64,000 nucleotides of DNA from an uncultured Spirochaetota bacterium (GTDB lineage Bacteria; Spirochaetota; UBA4802; UBA5550): the NCBI GenBank assembly GCA_963827275.1, contig CAWHAA010000005.1, positions 96,001 to 160,000 on the forward strand, written 5' to 3'. Under the pieces are notes generated by a model. It was not told the origin of the DNA and searched no databases. It worked only from the letters and a program-made list of their open reading frames with translations. Positions 12,259 through 23,154 of this stretch are shown piece by piece. The translations under genes were made by a program, and so were the position numbers. Numbering within the stretch: position 1 is the stretch's first letter; the number at the start of each line of letters is the position of its first letter.

Positions 12259-13014
12259 TTATTTTACGCGAATTATATCAAGGAACGAATCCGCCTTGAG
12301 GCTCGCGCCGCCGACGAGGACCCCGTCGATATTCTCCATGGCGAAGAGGCCGGCGATATTATCTGGCTTCACCGAGCCGCCGTACAGGACCGGGACCAGC
12401 TCCGCTGTTTCGCCGGGATAGAGATCCTTGACGACCTTTCGTATAAAGCGATGCGCCTCGTCCGCGATTTCGGTAGTGGCGACCTTGCCGGTGCCGATGG
12501 CCCATACCGGCTCATAGGCGATCACGACCTTTTTCATCTGGTCAGCGCTGACACCCGCCAGGCCCTTATCCACCTGCCGCTTCAGGACCTCTTCGGTCAA
12601 CCCCTTTTCACGCTCATCGAGCAGTTCGCCGACGCAGAGCATCGGCTCAATCCCGTTGGCGAGCGCGGCTATGACCTTTTTGTTCACGTCCACGTCCTTT
12701 TCGCCGAACACGTGCCGCCGCTCGGAATGCCCGATAAGGACATACCGGCACCCCGCGTCCTTCACCATGACCGGCGACACCTCGCCGGTGAAGGCGCCTT
12801 CCTGCTCGAAGTGCATGTTCTGCATGCCCACCGAGATCTTCGTGCCGCGGCAGAGGTCCGCCACGTCTTTCGCCCAGGGAGAGGGAGGGAACACGACGAC
12901 TTCGCGCGTCCCGCTATCCGACAATCCCGCGAGCAGGCCCTTCACAAGGTCGAGGGCCTCCTGACGCTTTTTGTACATCTTCCAGTTGCCGGCGAATATT
13001 TCACGTCTTGCCAT
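12259..13014 (-). CDS. tpiA: Triose-phosphate isomerase
   Basis: AGNWKM, GHSERR, AYEPVWAIGTG and YGGSV motifs. Confidence 0.98.
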   Translation of the reverse strand: MARREIFAGNWKMYKKRQEALDLVKGLLAGLSDSGTREVVVFPPSPWAKDVADLCRGTKISVGMQNMHFEQEGAFTGEVSPVMVKDAGCRYVLIGHSERRHVFGEKDVDVNKKVIAALANGIEPMLCVGELLDEREKGLTEEVLKRQVDKGLAGVSADQMKKVVIAYEPVWAIGTGKVATTEIADEAHRFIRKVVKDLYPGETAELVPVLYGGSVKPDNIAGLFAMENIDGVLVGGASLKADSFLDIIRVK

Positions 13015-13080
13015 GTTGACTCCTTTGACATGCGCGGTTACAGGACCGCGCCGTTACGCGCGGTCCCGCAATCAGGCCAC

Positions 13081-14127
<1,047 letters not shown>

Positions 14128-14307
14128 TTATCTATAAAATACGGAGGTCCCCCCGGGGCTCGCCCGTGCGGCCTGTCAATAACGAAAATAATACGATTAT
14201 GATAAAATGTGAAATCGTGCCCGATTTGTCAAGTATTTCATAGATATTCGAACAGAGAGGGCTTCAGGCCGGTGAGGAGGGTCTCCCGGGCGGTTCGGAG
14301 TGATGCA

Positions 14308-15084
14308 TCAACCGATCGATTCCAAAAAGCCGTCAACTGCCTCATTGAAATCGCGGGGGTTCTCGAAAAAGGGGACATGGCCGCCGTCATCAAAGACCAC
14401 CAGGCGTGAATTCCTGATTTTTTCGCTTATGGATACGGTTGAATCGCATGGTATGACCATGTCGCCACGGTTGGCAACCACCAGCACCGGCAGATGTATA
14501 TCCGGCAGCATCCCCGTGTAATCCATGTTTCTGCAGATCTCGACATCCCCGTTGATGACTCCCCGGTCCATCTCGGCAAGGCCTTTCCTGGCAAAGCCAA
14601 CCAGGATATCCACTTTCCTGCTGAACACCGCGCCGACAATGAGGTCCGCGAGCGCGTCCATGTCGTCCCGCTCCAGGATATCAACGAGTCCCTTCGATAT
14701 CGGGAGGACCGGCGAAGTGGAAACGAGCACCATGCCCGCGAGGCCCCGGAGCCTGCGGCGATAGGCTTCGAAGCACACGCCGCCTCCCATGGAATGGCCG
14801 ATGAGCACAAAGGATGATATTGATTCCTCGGTCAGGATGTCCTCGATGGCATTGATGAAATCGTCAATCGAGGGGCGTGTACCCGTGTACGACTGTCCGT
14901 GCCCGGGCAGGTCAACAGCGATCGTCTTATACCGCGCCCCGAAATGACGGAGCTGGTAGCGGTACAGGCGCGAATCACCCACCGCGCCGTGGATCAGTAT
15001 AATCGCCGTGCCGGGGAAATCGCCGCTCTTGCGATACGAGAGTTTTCCCCACCGGGCCGAACTGGTTAATAGTGCTTTTCTCAT
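14308..15084 (-). CDS. Alpha/beta hydrolase
   Basis: IHG, DLPGHG, GHSMGG nucleophile elbow and GGH. Confidence 0.9.
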   Translation of the reverse strand: MRKALLTSSARWGKLSYRKSGDFPGTAIILIHGAVGDSRLYRYQLRHFGARYKTIAVDLPGHGQSYTGTRPSIDDFINAIEDILTEESISSFVLIGHSMGGGVCFEAYRRRLRGLAGMVLVSTSPVLPISKGLVDILERDDMDALADLIVGAVFSRKVDILVGFARKGLAEMDRGVINGDVEICRNMDYTGMLPDIHLPVLVVANRGDMVIPCDSTVSISEKIRNSRLVVFDDGGHVPFFENPRDFNEAVDGFLESIG

Positions 15085-15236
15085 AATCTCTAATGATAAC
15101 AATAATCAGGCAAGATACATGCGTAAATTTGTGAATAAACGTAATAACAAAAATTCCCGCTTCCGCGGGAATTTCAACGTTTCCGTGTACGTCACAATCT
15201 CCGCCATCCCGGCGAGGGAAGACGGGTTATGCACGA

Positions 15237-15422
15237 TCAATGATGTTCCATCTGGCTGGTTGCCGGAGGATAAATCCCCTTGTGCCTTCTCCATACCGCG
15301 ATGCCGAAACGGATGCAGCCGGCTATAACGATGAAACCGCCCATTCCCAAGCCGAGGATAAACACCACATTATGTATCAATGCCGGATAATTTCTTACAA
15401 AATCAAGTACTATCTTATCCAT
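15237..15422 (-). CDS. Small hypothetical membrane protein
   Basis: ATG after a CAGGAG RBS; one hydrophobic segment. Confidence 0.4.
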   Translation of the reverse strand: MDKIVLDFVRNYPALIHNVVFILGLGMGGFIVIAGCIRFGIAVWRRHKGIYPPATSQMEHH

Positions 15423-15601
15423 CGGAAGGCTCCTGTATGTCTGAATATGAACACAGCTTATAAAATAAAACTAAAATCAGGGTCAAAATATGTCAATAGT
15501 AAATTTCTGAAAAATATGATATTTTGCCGCACGGCGCCCCGACCAGGCTTCCATTCACCGGCAGATCCTGCACACGGTGTAACGCCCGACCGCGCGCCAC
15601 G

Positions 15602-15976
15602 TCACGAAAAATATTTTTTTATCAGCCCGAACCTGCCCCGCCTGATGAGGCGCATGCCTGAATATCGCATGATCTCACGGATTTTCTCCCTGTGACCTGG
15701 GGCATAGCAGTGGGTCGTGCATTTCTTGCAGGAGGGTTTCGGGTCGTACGGGCATACCAGTCTCCTGGATACCGCATGCAAAAGAAGCTTTCTGCATTCT
15801 TCGCACAAAACAGGGCTGCATGATTCGAGATACCTGCCCACAGCGCCGCCAGCAACAACGCCGGCCCGGTCCTCGCTGACATGCCTGTCATCGCAGTAGA
15901 TGCTGATAAATTCAGCAAGGACTTCGATGTCGTTTCTGATTGTTTGATTTATGACGGTTTCTTCTTTCATGTTCAA
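15602..15976 (-). CDS. YgbA-like (nitrous oxide-stimulated promoter family) protein
   Basis: IYC...H...LCEEC...CP...KPSCKKC..HCY...IREIMRYSGMR pattern. Confidence 0.88.
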   Translation of the reverse strand: MNMKEETVINQTIRNDIEVLAEFISIYCDDRHVSEDRAGVVAGGAVGRYLESCSPVLCEECRKLLLHAVSRRLVCPYDPKPSCKKCTTHCYAPGHREKIREIMRYSGMRLIRRGRFGLIKKYFS

Positions 15977-15982
15977 TTAATT

Positions 15983-16057
15983 ACCGATAACTATCGGTTT
16001 TACTCTGACCCCAAAAGCCACCGATAACTATCGGTCCACACACTTTACTCTGACCCC
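15983..16057. repeat. Tandem composite REP-like repeat: 2x [ACCGATAACTATCGGT ... TTTACTCTGACCCC]
   Basis: Palindrome at 15983-15998 and 16020-16035; 14-mer at 15999-16012 and 16044-16057. Confidence 0.85.
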
Positions 16058-16063
16058 GTTATT

Positions 16064-16750
16064 TTAAGAAGTCAAGTTAGACAGAATACCCTCAAATAAG
16101 CGATTAGAATTGCCAATATGCACTGGATTCAATATATCCTGCTCACTCTGAACGAATTCGCTCCCGTCAAGATCATCACGGCAATTATCAACAAGCGCCC
16201 TGATGCTCCCCGGTGTCGCCTCCAGGTGAAACTGAAGCGCCACCACGCGGTCCTCCAGCACGAATCCCTGGTTCTCGCATGCCGGGCTTTCCGCAACATG
16301 GGCCGCGCCTGCCGGAATGCTGAAGGTATCGCCGTGCCAGTGAAATGCGGGAAACGTGTCCGGCAGCGACCGCCCGATACCTGAGGCGACGGCTCCACTG
16401 CTCCGGGTTACCGGGAACCAACCGATCTCGCGGAAGGGGTTTTTATAGACGGTAGCCCCCAGGACTTCCGCGATGAGCTGGGCGCCAAGGCAGATGCCGA
16501 TAACCCTTTTTCCTGATTGTATCGCCCGTTCGATACAGCGCTTTTCTGCCGGGAGCCAGGGATGGATTGACTCGTCAGACACCCCCATCGGACCGCCCAG
16601 CACTGCGAGGAGATCGAAGGACTGCGCATCAGGGAGCGGCGCGCCCGCATGGAGCTCCGACCCGGTCAGCGCAAGGCCGCGTGCCCGTGCGATTGCCGCC
16701 AGGTGGGCCGGCCCCTCAAAGGGCGCATGCTGAAGGTAATGGATCCTCAT
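16064..16750 (-). CDS. Type 1 glutamine amidotransferase
   Basis: LGGPM, GICLGAQL, WHGD and QFHLE motifs. Confidence 0.92.
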   Translation of the reverse strand: MRIHYLQHAPFEGPAHLAAIARARGLALTGSELHAGAPLPDAQSFDLLAVLGGPMGVSDESIHPWLPAEKRCIERAIQSGKRVIGICLGAQLIAEVLGATVYKNPFREIGWFPVTRSSGAVASGIGRSLPDTFPAFHWHGDTFSIPAGAAHVAESPACENQGFVLEDRVVALQFHLEATPGSIRALVDNCRDDLDGSEFVQSEQDILNPVHIGNSNRLFEGILSNLTS

Positions 16751-17573
16751 GTAAAATATTCCCCTTGATACCGATAACTATCTCCCCCACCGGGATCTGC
16801 TTCCCCGCCTTTTGCATCGCCCGTTCGAGGACTACATTCATGCCGCCGCAGCAGGGGACCTCCATCCGCGCCACCGTGATGGACTGGATGTGATGTTGTG
16901 CGACTATCGCCGCCATCTTGTCAATATATTCTTCTATATAAGGATCCAGCTTGGGGCAGAACATGATAACGATCCTGCCTGCCAGCAGGTCACGATGAAA
17001 ATCACCGTAGGCGAAGGGAACGCAGTCCGCCGCGAGGAGGAGGTTCGCGTTGTCGAAATACGGCGCAGAGGGGTTCAGGAGCTTGAGCTGGACCGGCCAC
17101 TGCCTCAGGCTGGAGCCGACGCGCGCCCCGCTCTCCGCTGCCGCCCCTGCCGGACGGTCCCTCATATCGCGCGCCGCCGACCCTGGACACCCGCATGCCG
17201 CCGGCTCCGCGGTTTTTTCATGCTCGGGAACAGGAATCTTTTTCTCCTGAAGATACTCGACCGCTTCACGCAGGTAGTTCATTTCGCCATGCTCCCTGAG
17301 GTGATGAAGGTGCGCCTTGATCACGTTGGGGCCGTGCTTTGCCACGTTTTCCATGACCCTGCGCTCGCTGTAGGGCTCCGCTTCCCGCTCTTCCACGAAG
17401 AGCGCCCCCTCCGGGCAGGTCTTGAGGCAGGCCCCGAGGCCGTCGCAGAAAAGGTCGCTTACAAGACGCACCTTGCCGTCGATGACCTGGAGGGCTCCCT
17501 CCGGGCAGTCGGGCACGCACAGCCCGCAGCCGTTGCATTTTTCTTCGTCTATGGTGATGATGCTTCGTTTCAT
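16716..17573 (-). CDS. 4Fe-4S dicluster (ferredoxin-like) protein of the hcp-associated type
   Basis: CNGCGLCVPDCP, CDGLGACLKTCP, GCPGS, QWPVQL, CPKLD and MEVPCCGG motifs. Confidence 0.9.
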   Translation of the reverse strand: MKRSIITIDEEKCNGCGLCVPDCPEGALQVIDGKVRLVSDLFCDGLGACLKTCPEGALFVEEREAEPYSERRVMENVAKHGPNVIKAHLHHLREHGEMNYLREAVEYLQEKKIPVPEHEKTAEPAACGCPGSAARDMRDRPAGAAAESGARVGSSLRQWPVQLKLLNPSAPYFDNANLLLAADCVPFAYGDFHRDLLAGRIVIMFCPKLDPYIEEYIDKMAAIVAQHHIQSITVARMEVPCCGGMNVVLERAMQKAGKQIPVGEIVIGIKGNILHEDPLPSACAL

Positions 17574-17654
17574 GATCTCCTCCCGGTGTTCGGTCCAGGC
17601 GCGCTTCCGCGATTGCCGGTTCCCACGGCCTGTCCGCCTTTAACATATACAATG

Positions 17655-17696
17655 AATCTATCAAAAAGGAAAAAGATAAGCATTGATCCAGGTCAA
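17655..17696 (-). promoter_or_regulatory. FNR/HcpR-like box plus extended -10 (class II promoter) for the 4Fe-4S/GATase/ygbA operon
   Basis: TTGATCCAGGTCAA at 17683-17696. Minus-strand TGa-TAGATT (17660-17655) puts the box centre at -41.5. Confidence 0.7.
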
Positions 17697-17745
17697 GAGA
17701 ACAGGTTTTCCTGTTTCAGCCTGCCCGGGTGCGATTAAAGAATGG

Positions 17746-17774
17746 TTGACACAAATCGTCAGGACTGGTAACAT
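17746..17774 (+). promoter_or_regulatory. Sigma70-like promoter for nrfHA
   Basis: TTGACA-17 bp-TAACAT with a TG extension. Confidence 0.6.
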
Positions 17775-17878
17775 CAAACATTCGTTCATGGTTTTTTTGC
17801 GCGCTTTAGTGTCCGGTTATATTCATAATCTGCTCATTACGCAGTTGTGCGGCAATTTTATATAATACACGGTACACG

Positions 17879-18334
17879 ATGATAGAGATGACCCTGAAAA
17901 AATACCTTATCGCCGCGGCCGGCCTCCTGGTCCTCGGGATCATCGCCTTTATACCCCATGGCCTGCTCGACCAGACCTCGAAGCCGGCCTTCTGCAACCT
18001 GTGCCACCCGATGCACGAGCAATACGATGTCTGGTTCCTCACCGGCGTTCACCGCGGCATCAAATGCGTCGACTGCCATCTCCCGAATAACAATGAAGTG
18101 AATCACCTGGTCTGGAAGGGCATTGACGGAACCAAGGACGTGGTGTCCTTTGTCAGCGGGGTCTACCCGGACCACATAACCGCGACCGGGCATGCGAAAA
18201 AAGTGATCAAGGCCAACTGCATCAGGTGCCACAACGAAATGGTATCGCGCATAAGCACGGAGGGACGGGACTGCTGGTCCTGCCACCGGCGCGTCAATCA
18301 TAAGCTCATTGAATTCAGCCACGCTGGCTTGTAA
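17879..18334 (+). CDS. nrfH: Cytochrome c nitrite reductase small subunit (tetraheme, NapC/NrfH family)
   Basis: N-terminal TM; CNLCH, CVDCH, CIRCH and CWSCH heme motifs. Confidence 0.93.
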   Translation: MIEMTLKKYLIAAAGLLVLGIIAFIPHGLLDQTSKPAFCNLCHPMHEQYDVWFLTGVHRGIKCVDCHLPNNNEVNHLVWKGIDGTKDVVSFVSGVYPDHITATGHAKKVIKANCIRCHNEMVSRISTEGRDCWSCHRRVNHKLIEFSHAGL

Positions 18335-18346
18335 CAGGAGAGTACC

Positions 18347-19816
18347 ATGAAACAGTCCGGAACCATCATTGCCATCACCGCGCTGGCGCTGTACCTGTGC
18401 CCCGGGTGCGCGCCGGAACCGCAGCCGATCACCGCGGGACTCGTCAAGGACGGCGAATTTGACCCGGAGGAATGGGGCAAGGTATATCCCCTGGAATACG
18501 AATCATGGCTCAAGACGAAAGAACCGAAGCCGGCGGGCAAGAGCAGGTACAAGCGCGGATGGGACAGCGATAAAATCGTTTTCGACAAGCTGAGCGAGTA
18601 TCCCTACGCGGCCCTCCTCTACAACGGCTGGGGCTTCGGCGTGGAATACAACGAGCCGCGCGGCCACATGTTCGCGATACGGGACCAGATCGAGATAGAC
18701 CAGTCCCGCACCAAGCCCGGGGGCGTGTGCCTGGCGTGCAAGTCGCCCTATCACAAGACCCTCACCGACAGGCACGGCATGACATACCTCACGGCGAAAT
18801 TCAATGACGCCCTCGGCATGCTGCCGCCGAAGATGCGCGAAACCGGCCCCTCCTGCATCGACTGCCACAAGAGCGGCGACATGGGGCTCACCACCAACAA
18901 GGAGCACCTGAAGCGGGGGCTGGGGCTTATCGGCAAAAAGGAGGTCTCCCGCCAGGAAGCGCGGATCCTCGCCTGCGCCCAGTGCCACATCACCTACTAC
19001 GTGCCGCGCGACCGGGAAAAGAAGGTCGCGGGGGATGTCCAGCTTCCCTGGACCGGCGGCTCCTGGGGCAACGTATCCATCGAGCACATCATTGCCGACC
19101 TGCTGACGGATTACCGGCGCATCGAGTGGAAGCAGAAAGTGACCGGGATCGACATGCCCTTCATCCGGCACCCGGAATTCGAGCTTTTCACCAGGCAGAG
19201 CGTCCATTTCAGGGCCGGCGTTGCCTGCGCCGACTGCCACATGCCGTACCGGAGGAGCGGGGCGTACAAGATATCGGACCACGACGTGGCCAGCCCGCTC
19301 AAGGCGGACCTCCGGGCCTGCGCCCAGTGCCACACCGAGTCCGCCTCCTGGCTGAAAGACCAGGTCTTCGCCACGCAGGACAGGACAGCGTCGCTCCTCT
19401 CGCGCGCGGGATTCGCGACCGCCGCGTCGGCGAAGCTGATCGAGCTTGCCAACGCACGGCGCGCCGCGGGGGCTGCCATCGACCCAGGCCTGTATGAAAA
19501 AGCGAAAGCCGCCTACATGCAGGGGTTCCTGCGCCTGGTCTTCATCAGCGCGGAGAACTCGCTCGGGTTCCACAACGCGCCGGAGACCGGACGCGTGCTC
19601 GGTGACGCCATCGCCTTCGCGAACAGGGCCGAGGCGCTGCTCCGTCAGGCCCTCGCGAAAGCCGGCATCGACGCGCCGGCAGACACGTACCTCGGGCTCG
19701 CGAACTATCTGAACAACCGGGGCGAAAAGAAGCTCGGGTTCAGGCGCGAGCAGGAATTAAAGGACCCGTTCGACATACAGAACTACTTTACCCCGGACGG
19801 GGCGAAAGGGTACTAA
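18347..19816 (+). CDS. nrfA: Ammonia-forming cytochrome c nitrite reductase (pentaheme)
   Basis: CLACK catalytic heme plus four CxxCH; YNEPRGH, RHPEFE and AENSLGFH motifs. Confidence 0.96.
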   Translation: MKQSGTIIAITALALYLCPGCAPEPQPITAGLVKDGEFDPEEWGKVYPLEYESWLKTKEPKPAGKSRYKRGWDSDKIVFDKLSEYPYAALLYNGWGFGVEYNEPRGHMFAIRDQIEIDQSRTKPGGVCLACKSPYHKTLTDRHGMTYLTAKFNDALGMLPPKMRETGPSCIDCHKSGDMGLTTNKEHLKRGLGLIGKKEVSRQEARILACAQCHITYYVPRDREKKVAGDVQLPWTGGSWGNVSIEHIIADLLTDYRRIEWKQKVTGIDMPFIRHPEFELFTRQSVHFRAGVACADCHMPYRRSGAYKISDHDVASPLKADLRACAQCHTESASWLKDQVFATQDRTASLLSRAGFATAASAKLIELANARRAAGAAIDPGLYEKAKAAYMQGFLRLVFISAENSLGFHNAPETGRVLGDAIAFANRAEALLRQALAKAGIDAPADTYLGLANYLNNRGEKKLGFRREQELKDPFDIQNYFTPDGAKGY

Positions 19817-19884
19817 AAGGGCCGGGCACCTATGCCTGACGCGCGGATGGAGGCGCCCTTCCACACAACGGAAAAACTGGGGGA

Positions 19885-20790
19885 ATGTTTATGAAAAAAA
19901 TGCTGCTTGTTCCAATCATCCTGACAGTTCTCACCGCCAATGCATATTCAGTCACCATGGACATCGGCCTGCACGGCGGAGGGGCATGGTGGGCGCCCTA
20001 TTTCCATGAATGGGTATCCGGGGATCACGCGCTGTCTCCATTCGTGATCACCGGCGCCCACAACTATTCTATCGACCCGACCTGGCATATCGGGCCCGAG
20101 CTTGGATTCAGATTTACCGACAAAATACGCTGGCGGAATACATACACATATAGCAGGTTCAACGCCGAGGCGTCATACCTGCTGGTCCTTTTTTTCTCGA
20201 GTCTGCGCTATTACAAACCAGCACAAAAGATCGAGAAGCATTCACTCGATTCAACGGTTGATTATTCAGTGCATAAACATGTCAGCATACTCGCAGGTTT
20301 TAAATATCAAAATTATAAGGACAAGATGAAGGACTACGGGATATCGTCCACCTCCCTGTCCGGTTCTTCCTGGGAAAGTGTCTGGAACGGACTGGGCTTC
20401 GGGGTGGGGGCCGAGGCGAGGTTCAACCTGATTAAAGACTTATCGGTAAATCTCGATGCGCGATTTATATATATCAAGCCGCTTCTGAAAATCAAACGGG
20501 ATGGATATTATGCAAGCATGCCTTATATACTTTACTCTGAATTCAAACCGAACTACCATTCCCTCGGGATGGAGGCGGACCTGTCGCTGGCATATTTCAT
20601 CAAACAGGCGTCATTGACCATTGCCCTGGGATGTAAATACCAATTCCTGCAGATACTCGGTCATGACACCAACGGATCCTTTATTGATAAGCTCTATTAC
20701 AATAATGCCTGGCCGAAGCTCGCGAATCATCCGGACCATCAGATTGAATTATATCTTTCAGCGGTGTACCATCTGAAACTGCCCGGCTGA
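19885..20790 (+). CDS. Putative outer-membrane beta-barrel protein (AT-richer)
   Basis: Signal peptide and aromatic alternating strands. Confidence 0.7.
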   Translation: MFMKKMLLVPIILTVLTANAYSVTMDIGLHGGGAWWAPYFHEWVSGDHALSPFVITGAHNYSIDPTWHIGPELGFRFTDKIRWRNTYTYSRFNAEASYLLVLFFSSLRYYKPAQKIEKHSLDSTVDYSVHKHVSILAGFKYQNYKDKMKDYGISSTSLSGSSWESVWNGLGFGVGAEARFNLIKDLSVNLDARFIYIKPLLKIKRDGYYASMPYILYSEFKPNYHSLGMEADLSLAYFIKQASLTIALGCKYQFLQILGHDTNGSFIDKLYYNNAWPKLANHPDHQIELYLSAVYHLKLPG

Positions 20791-20797
20791 GCACCGG

Positions 20798-21691
20798 TTA
20801 AAACGTATAGGTGATCGACTCGGTAAGGCCGTACCGGCTGTCCCACCGATCCAGATAATCGGCATTGGTCACCTCGATGTAGCGGAGCACCTGGCAGTTG
20901 AACCCGAGCGAAAAGGTGACGCGGATCTTCTCAACGTAATACGCGAGCGACACGTCTGCGGCGCCCCCCAACGCGTGTGAATGCCTCCTGCTTGAGAGGG
21001 CCGGCTGCCCGCCCGCCGTGCCGTAAAGATACAGGAAGGAAGCCGACGGCCTGAAAAAAAGGTTTTCGACGAGGCGGACGTCAAAGGAGCAACCTGCGCT
21101 GAAACCGGCATTGTGAATGGCCTCGCTCCCGGTCTGGGACGAAAGGTAGCTGGAGCTCCGCTCCCTGAGCAGACAGCCCTGGTAGACCGGCCCCAGAGAA
21201 ACCCGGCCCCATTCCGCGGCCCGGTATGTTGCCAGGAGAGCCCCCGCGAAGTTCACCGTGTCGATCCTGTACCTGACATATTCCGACGGGGCAAAGGCAT
21301 TGGTCGTGAGCGAGGCAACCATGACCGAGGAGTTGCGGTACGACCCTGCGCCGGCCGAGGCGGACAGCCCCCACCCGTTCGCGAACGCGACGTCACCGGT
21401 GATCCCGAAGAGCGGGGCCGGGCCAACCTCGTATGACCGGGAGCGCTCCTCGATCTTGACGTAGGGGACGTCCCGGTTGACAAGACAATAAACAAGCATG
21501 TCGCCGACCTGGCTGACCCTCCCCCAGACCGGTTGCCACCAGGCGTAATCGACCGAAACGCCGAGGCGTACACGCGCCCGGCCCTCACTGCGCCCGCTCC
21601 CGCTCTCCGCGTCACCTTCTGCGCCGAACGCGGGGCATGCTGCAATGGCGATACCCAGAGCGGCGGCGGCATTCAGGAAACGCACCCTCAT
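20798..21691 (-). CDS. Putative outer-membrane beta-barrel protein
   Basis: Signal peptide, C-terminal YTF, shares motifs with 19885-20790. Confidence 0.72.
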   Translation of the reverse strand: MRVRFLNAAAALGIAIAACPAFGAEGDAESGSGRSEGRARVRLGVSVDYAWWQPVWGRVSQVGDMLVYCLVNRDVPYVKIEERSRSYEVGPAPLFGITGDVAFANGWGLSASAGAGSYRNSSVMVASLTTNAFAPSEYVRYRIDTVNFAGALLATYRAAEWGRVSLGPVYQGCLLRERSSSYLSSQTGSEAIHNAGFSAGCSFDVRLVENLFFRPSASFLYLYGTAGGQPALSSRRHSHALGGAADVSLAYYVEKIRVTFSLGFNCQVLRYIEVTNADYLDRWDSRYGLTESITYTF

Positions 21692-22677
21692 GGGCGTGAA
21701 ACCTTGTAAACGGCATACACGCCGCCATCGTTCATATGATAATAGAGGGTTTTTCCATCCGCCGACAGGGAGGGCGCTTCAACAAACCCGCTGATGGCGC
21801 CGATGCGGGCCGGTTCTCCGAACGGGACGGACGTGCCGGCCCGCTTCGACACCAGTATCTCCGAAGACACCGTGCAGAGGTCAAGCCGGGTGAAATAGAG
21901 CTCTGTGCCGTCTGCGCTGATACACGGCGCGTACTCGAGGCAGCGCCCGGTGTTGACCGCTGCCATGATCGTGTCATTGCCGGCGATCTTATTGAAGGTG
22001 CCGGGTGCTGCAAGCCCGGCGACGCCGATATCGGACCTGTCCGGAACGGAACCGCCGGAAAAATGCGCGTTCACGAAATAATAATTCTGGCCGTCGGGGC
22101 TTATCTCGCCGTCCATGATGATCCAGCCGGTTTCATTGATGTAAAAATCCCCGTTAAGATTGGCCAGACCGGTCACCGTGCCCCCGCTGAACGACCCGGT
22201 ATAGACATTGCGGATCTCTGCGGGCCAGCCCCTGACCGATATAAAATAAAACGTATTGCCCGTGTCCATGCTCGCGACAGCATCGAGGTGGGGCGGTGTG
22301 CCGTTCACGCCCCCGATTTTAGTGGCGCCGTTGAAGGTAACATCATCCGCTCCCTTTGCCGCATAGTAGAGGGACGTATCATTGCCGTCGTTAAGACTGT
22401 TGAAAAACAGGAAATTGCCGTCACGGGTGATGAAGGGCTCCATGGCATGGACGCCGTCATATCCGTTTATTGTGACCTTTACCGGCGCGGAGAACTCGGT
22501 ATTGACGGCCGCCGCGCCGCATGGGCCGGCGCACCTGAGAAAGGCCACAAGGGGGGCCGGGTCGCCCTGCTCTTTTTTATCCGCGCATCCGGGCGATGCG
22601 CAAAATAACGCTGCAAGGAGGCAGGGCATGACGATGCGGAAATACTCCCGCGCTTTTATGATCAATATATCACGCAT
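21688..22677 (-). CDS. TolB-like (PD40) beta-propeller exported protein
   Basis: Repeated P.IS.DG..LYF motifs (PFITRDGNFLFF, PCISADGTELYF, PSLSADGKTLYY). Confidence 0.8.
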   Translation of the reverse strand: MRDILIIKAREYFRIVMPCLLAALFCASPGCADKKEQGDPAPLVAFLRCAGPCGAAAVNTEFSAPVKVTINGYDGVHAMEPFITRDGNFLFFNSLNDGNDTSLYYAAKGADDVTFNGATKIGGVNGTPPHLDAVASMDTGNTFYFISVRGWPAEIRNVYTGSFSGGTVTGLANLNGDFYINETGWIIMDGEISPDGQNYYFVNAHFSGGSVPDRSDIGVAGLAAPGTFNKIAGNDTIMAAVNTGRCLEYAPCISADGTELYFTRLDLCTVSSEILVSKRAGTSVPFGEPARIGAISGFVEAPSLSADGKTLYYHMNDGGVYAVYKVSRP

Positions 22678-22781
22678 ACAGGGTCAGGCTTCCATGGATT
22701 CCCATCATTGCCGTCACCGGGACATCCGGAAGAATATACCCACTCCGGGCGGCGGCGGCAACAAAAATTCATGGTTTTTCC

Positions 22782-23117
22782 CTACCCCTTGATCATCACC
22801 AGCATCATCTTGAATTTTTCTATCGCCCTGAGCGCATGCGGCTTGCCCGCGGGCATGACGATCATCCCGCCCTTTTTAAGATTATACGGCTTCCCCGCGA
22901 TTGTTATCTCCACCGCGCCGTCAATGACCGTGACAAGGGCGTCAAACGGCGCCGTGTGCTCGGAGAGCCCCTGGTCCCTGTCGAAGGCGAAAAGCGTCAC
23001 CGTGCCGACGGGCCTGTTGATCACGGTGCGGCTCACCACGGAACCGTCCTGGTAATCTATGAGGCCGTCCGGCGTGAGGCCTTCTGTCGTATATTCATAA
23101 TTCTGTTCGGTTGTCAT
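22782..23117 (-). CDS. Cupin domain protein
   Basis: VTLFAFDRDQGLSEHTAPFDA...PHAL. Confidence 0.92.
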   Translation of the reverse strand: MTTEQNYEYTTEGLTPDGLIDYQDGSVVSRTVINRPVGTVTLFAFDRDQGLSEHTAPFDALVTVIDGAVEITIAGKPYNLKKGGMIVMPAGKPHALRAIEKFKMMLVMIKG

Positions 23118-23154
23118 ACAATATCCCCTTTAATTATTATTTTGTCCGCCCGTG

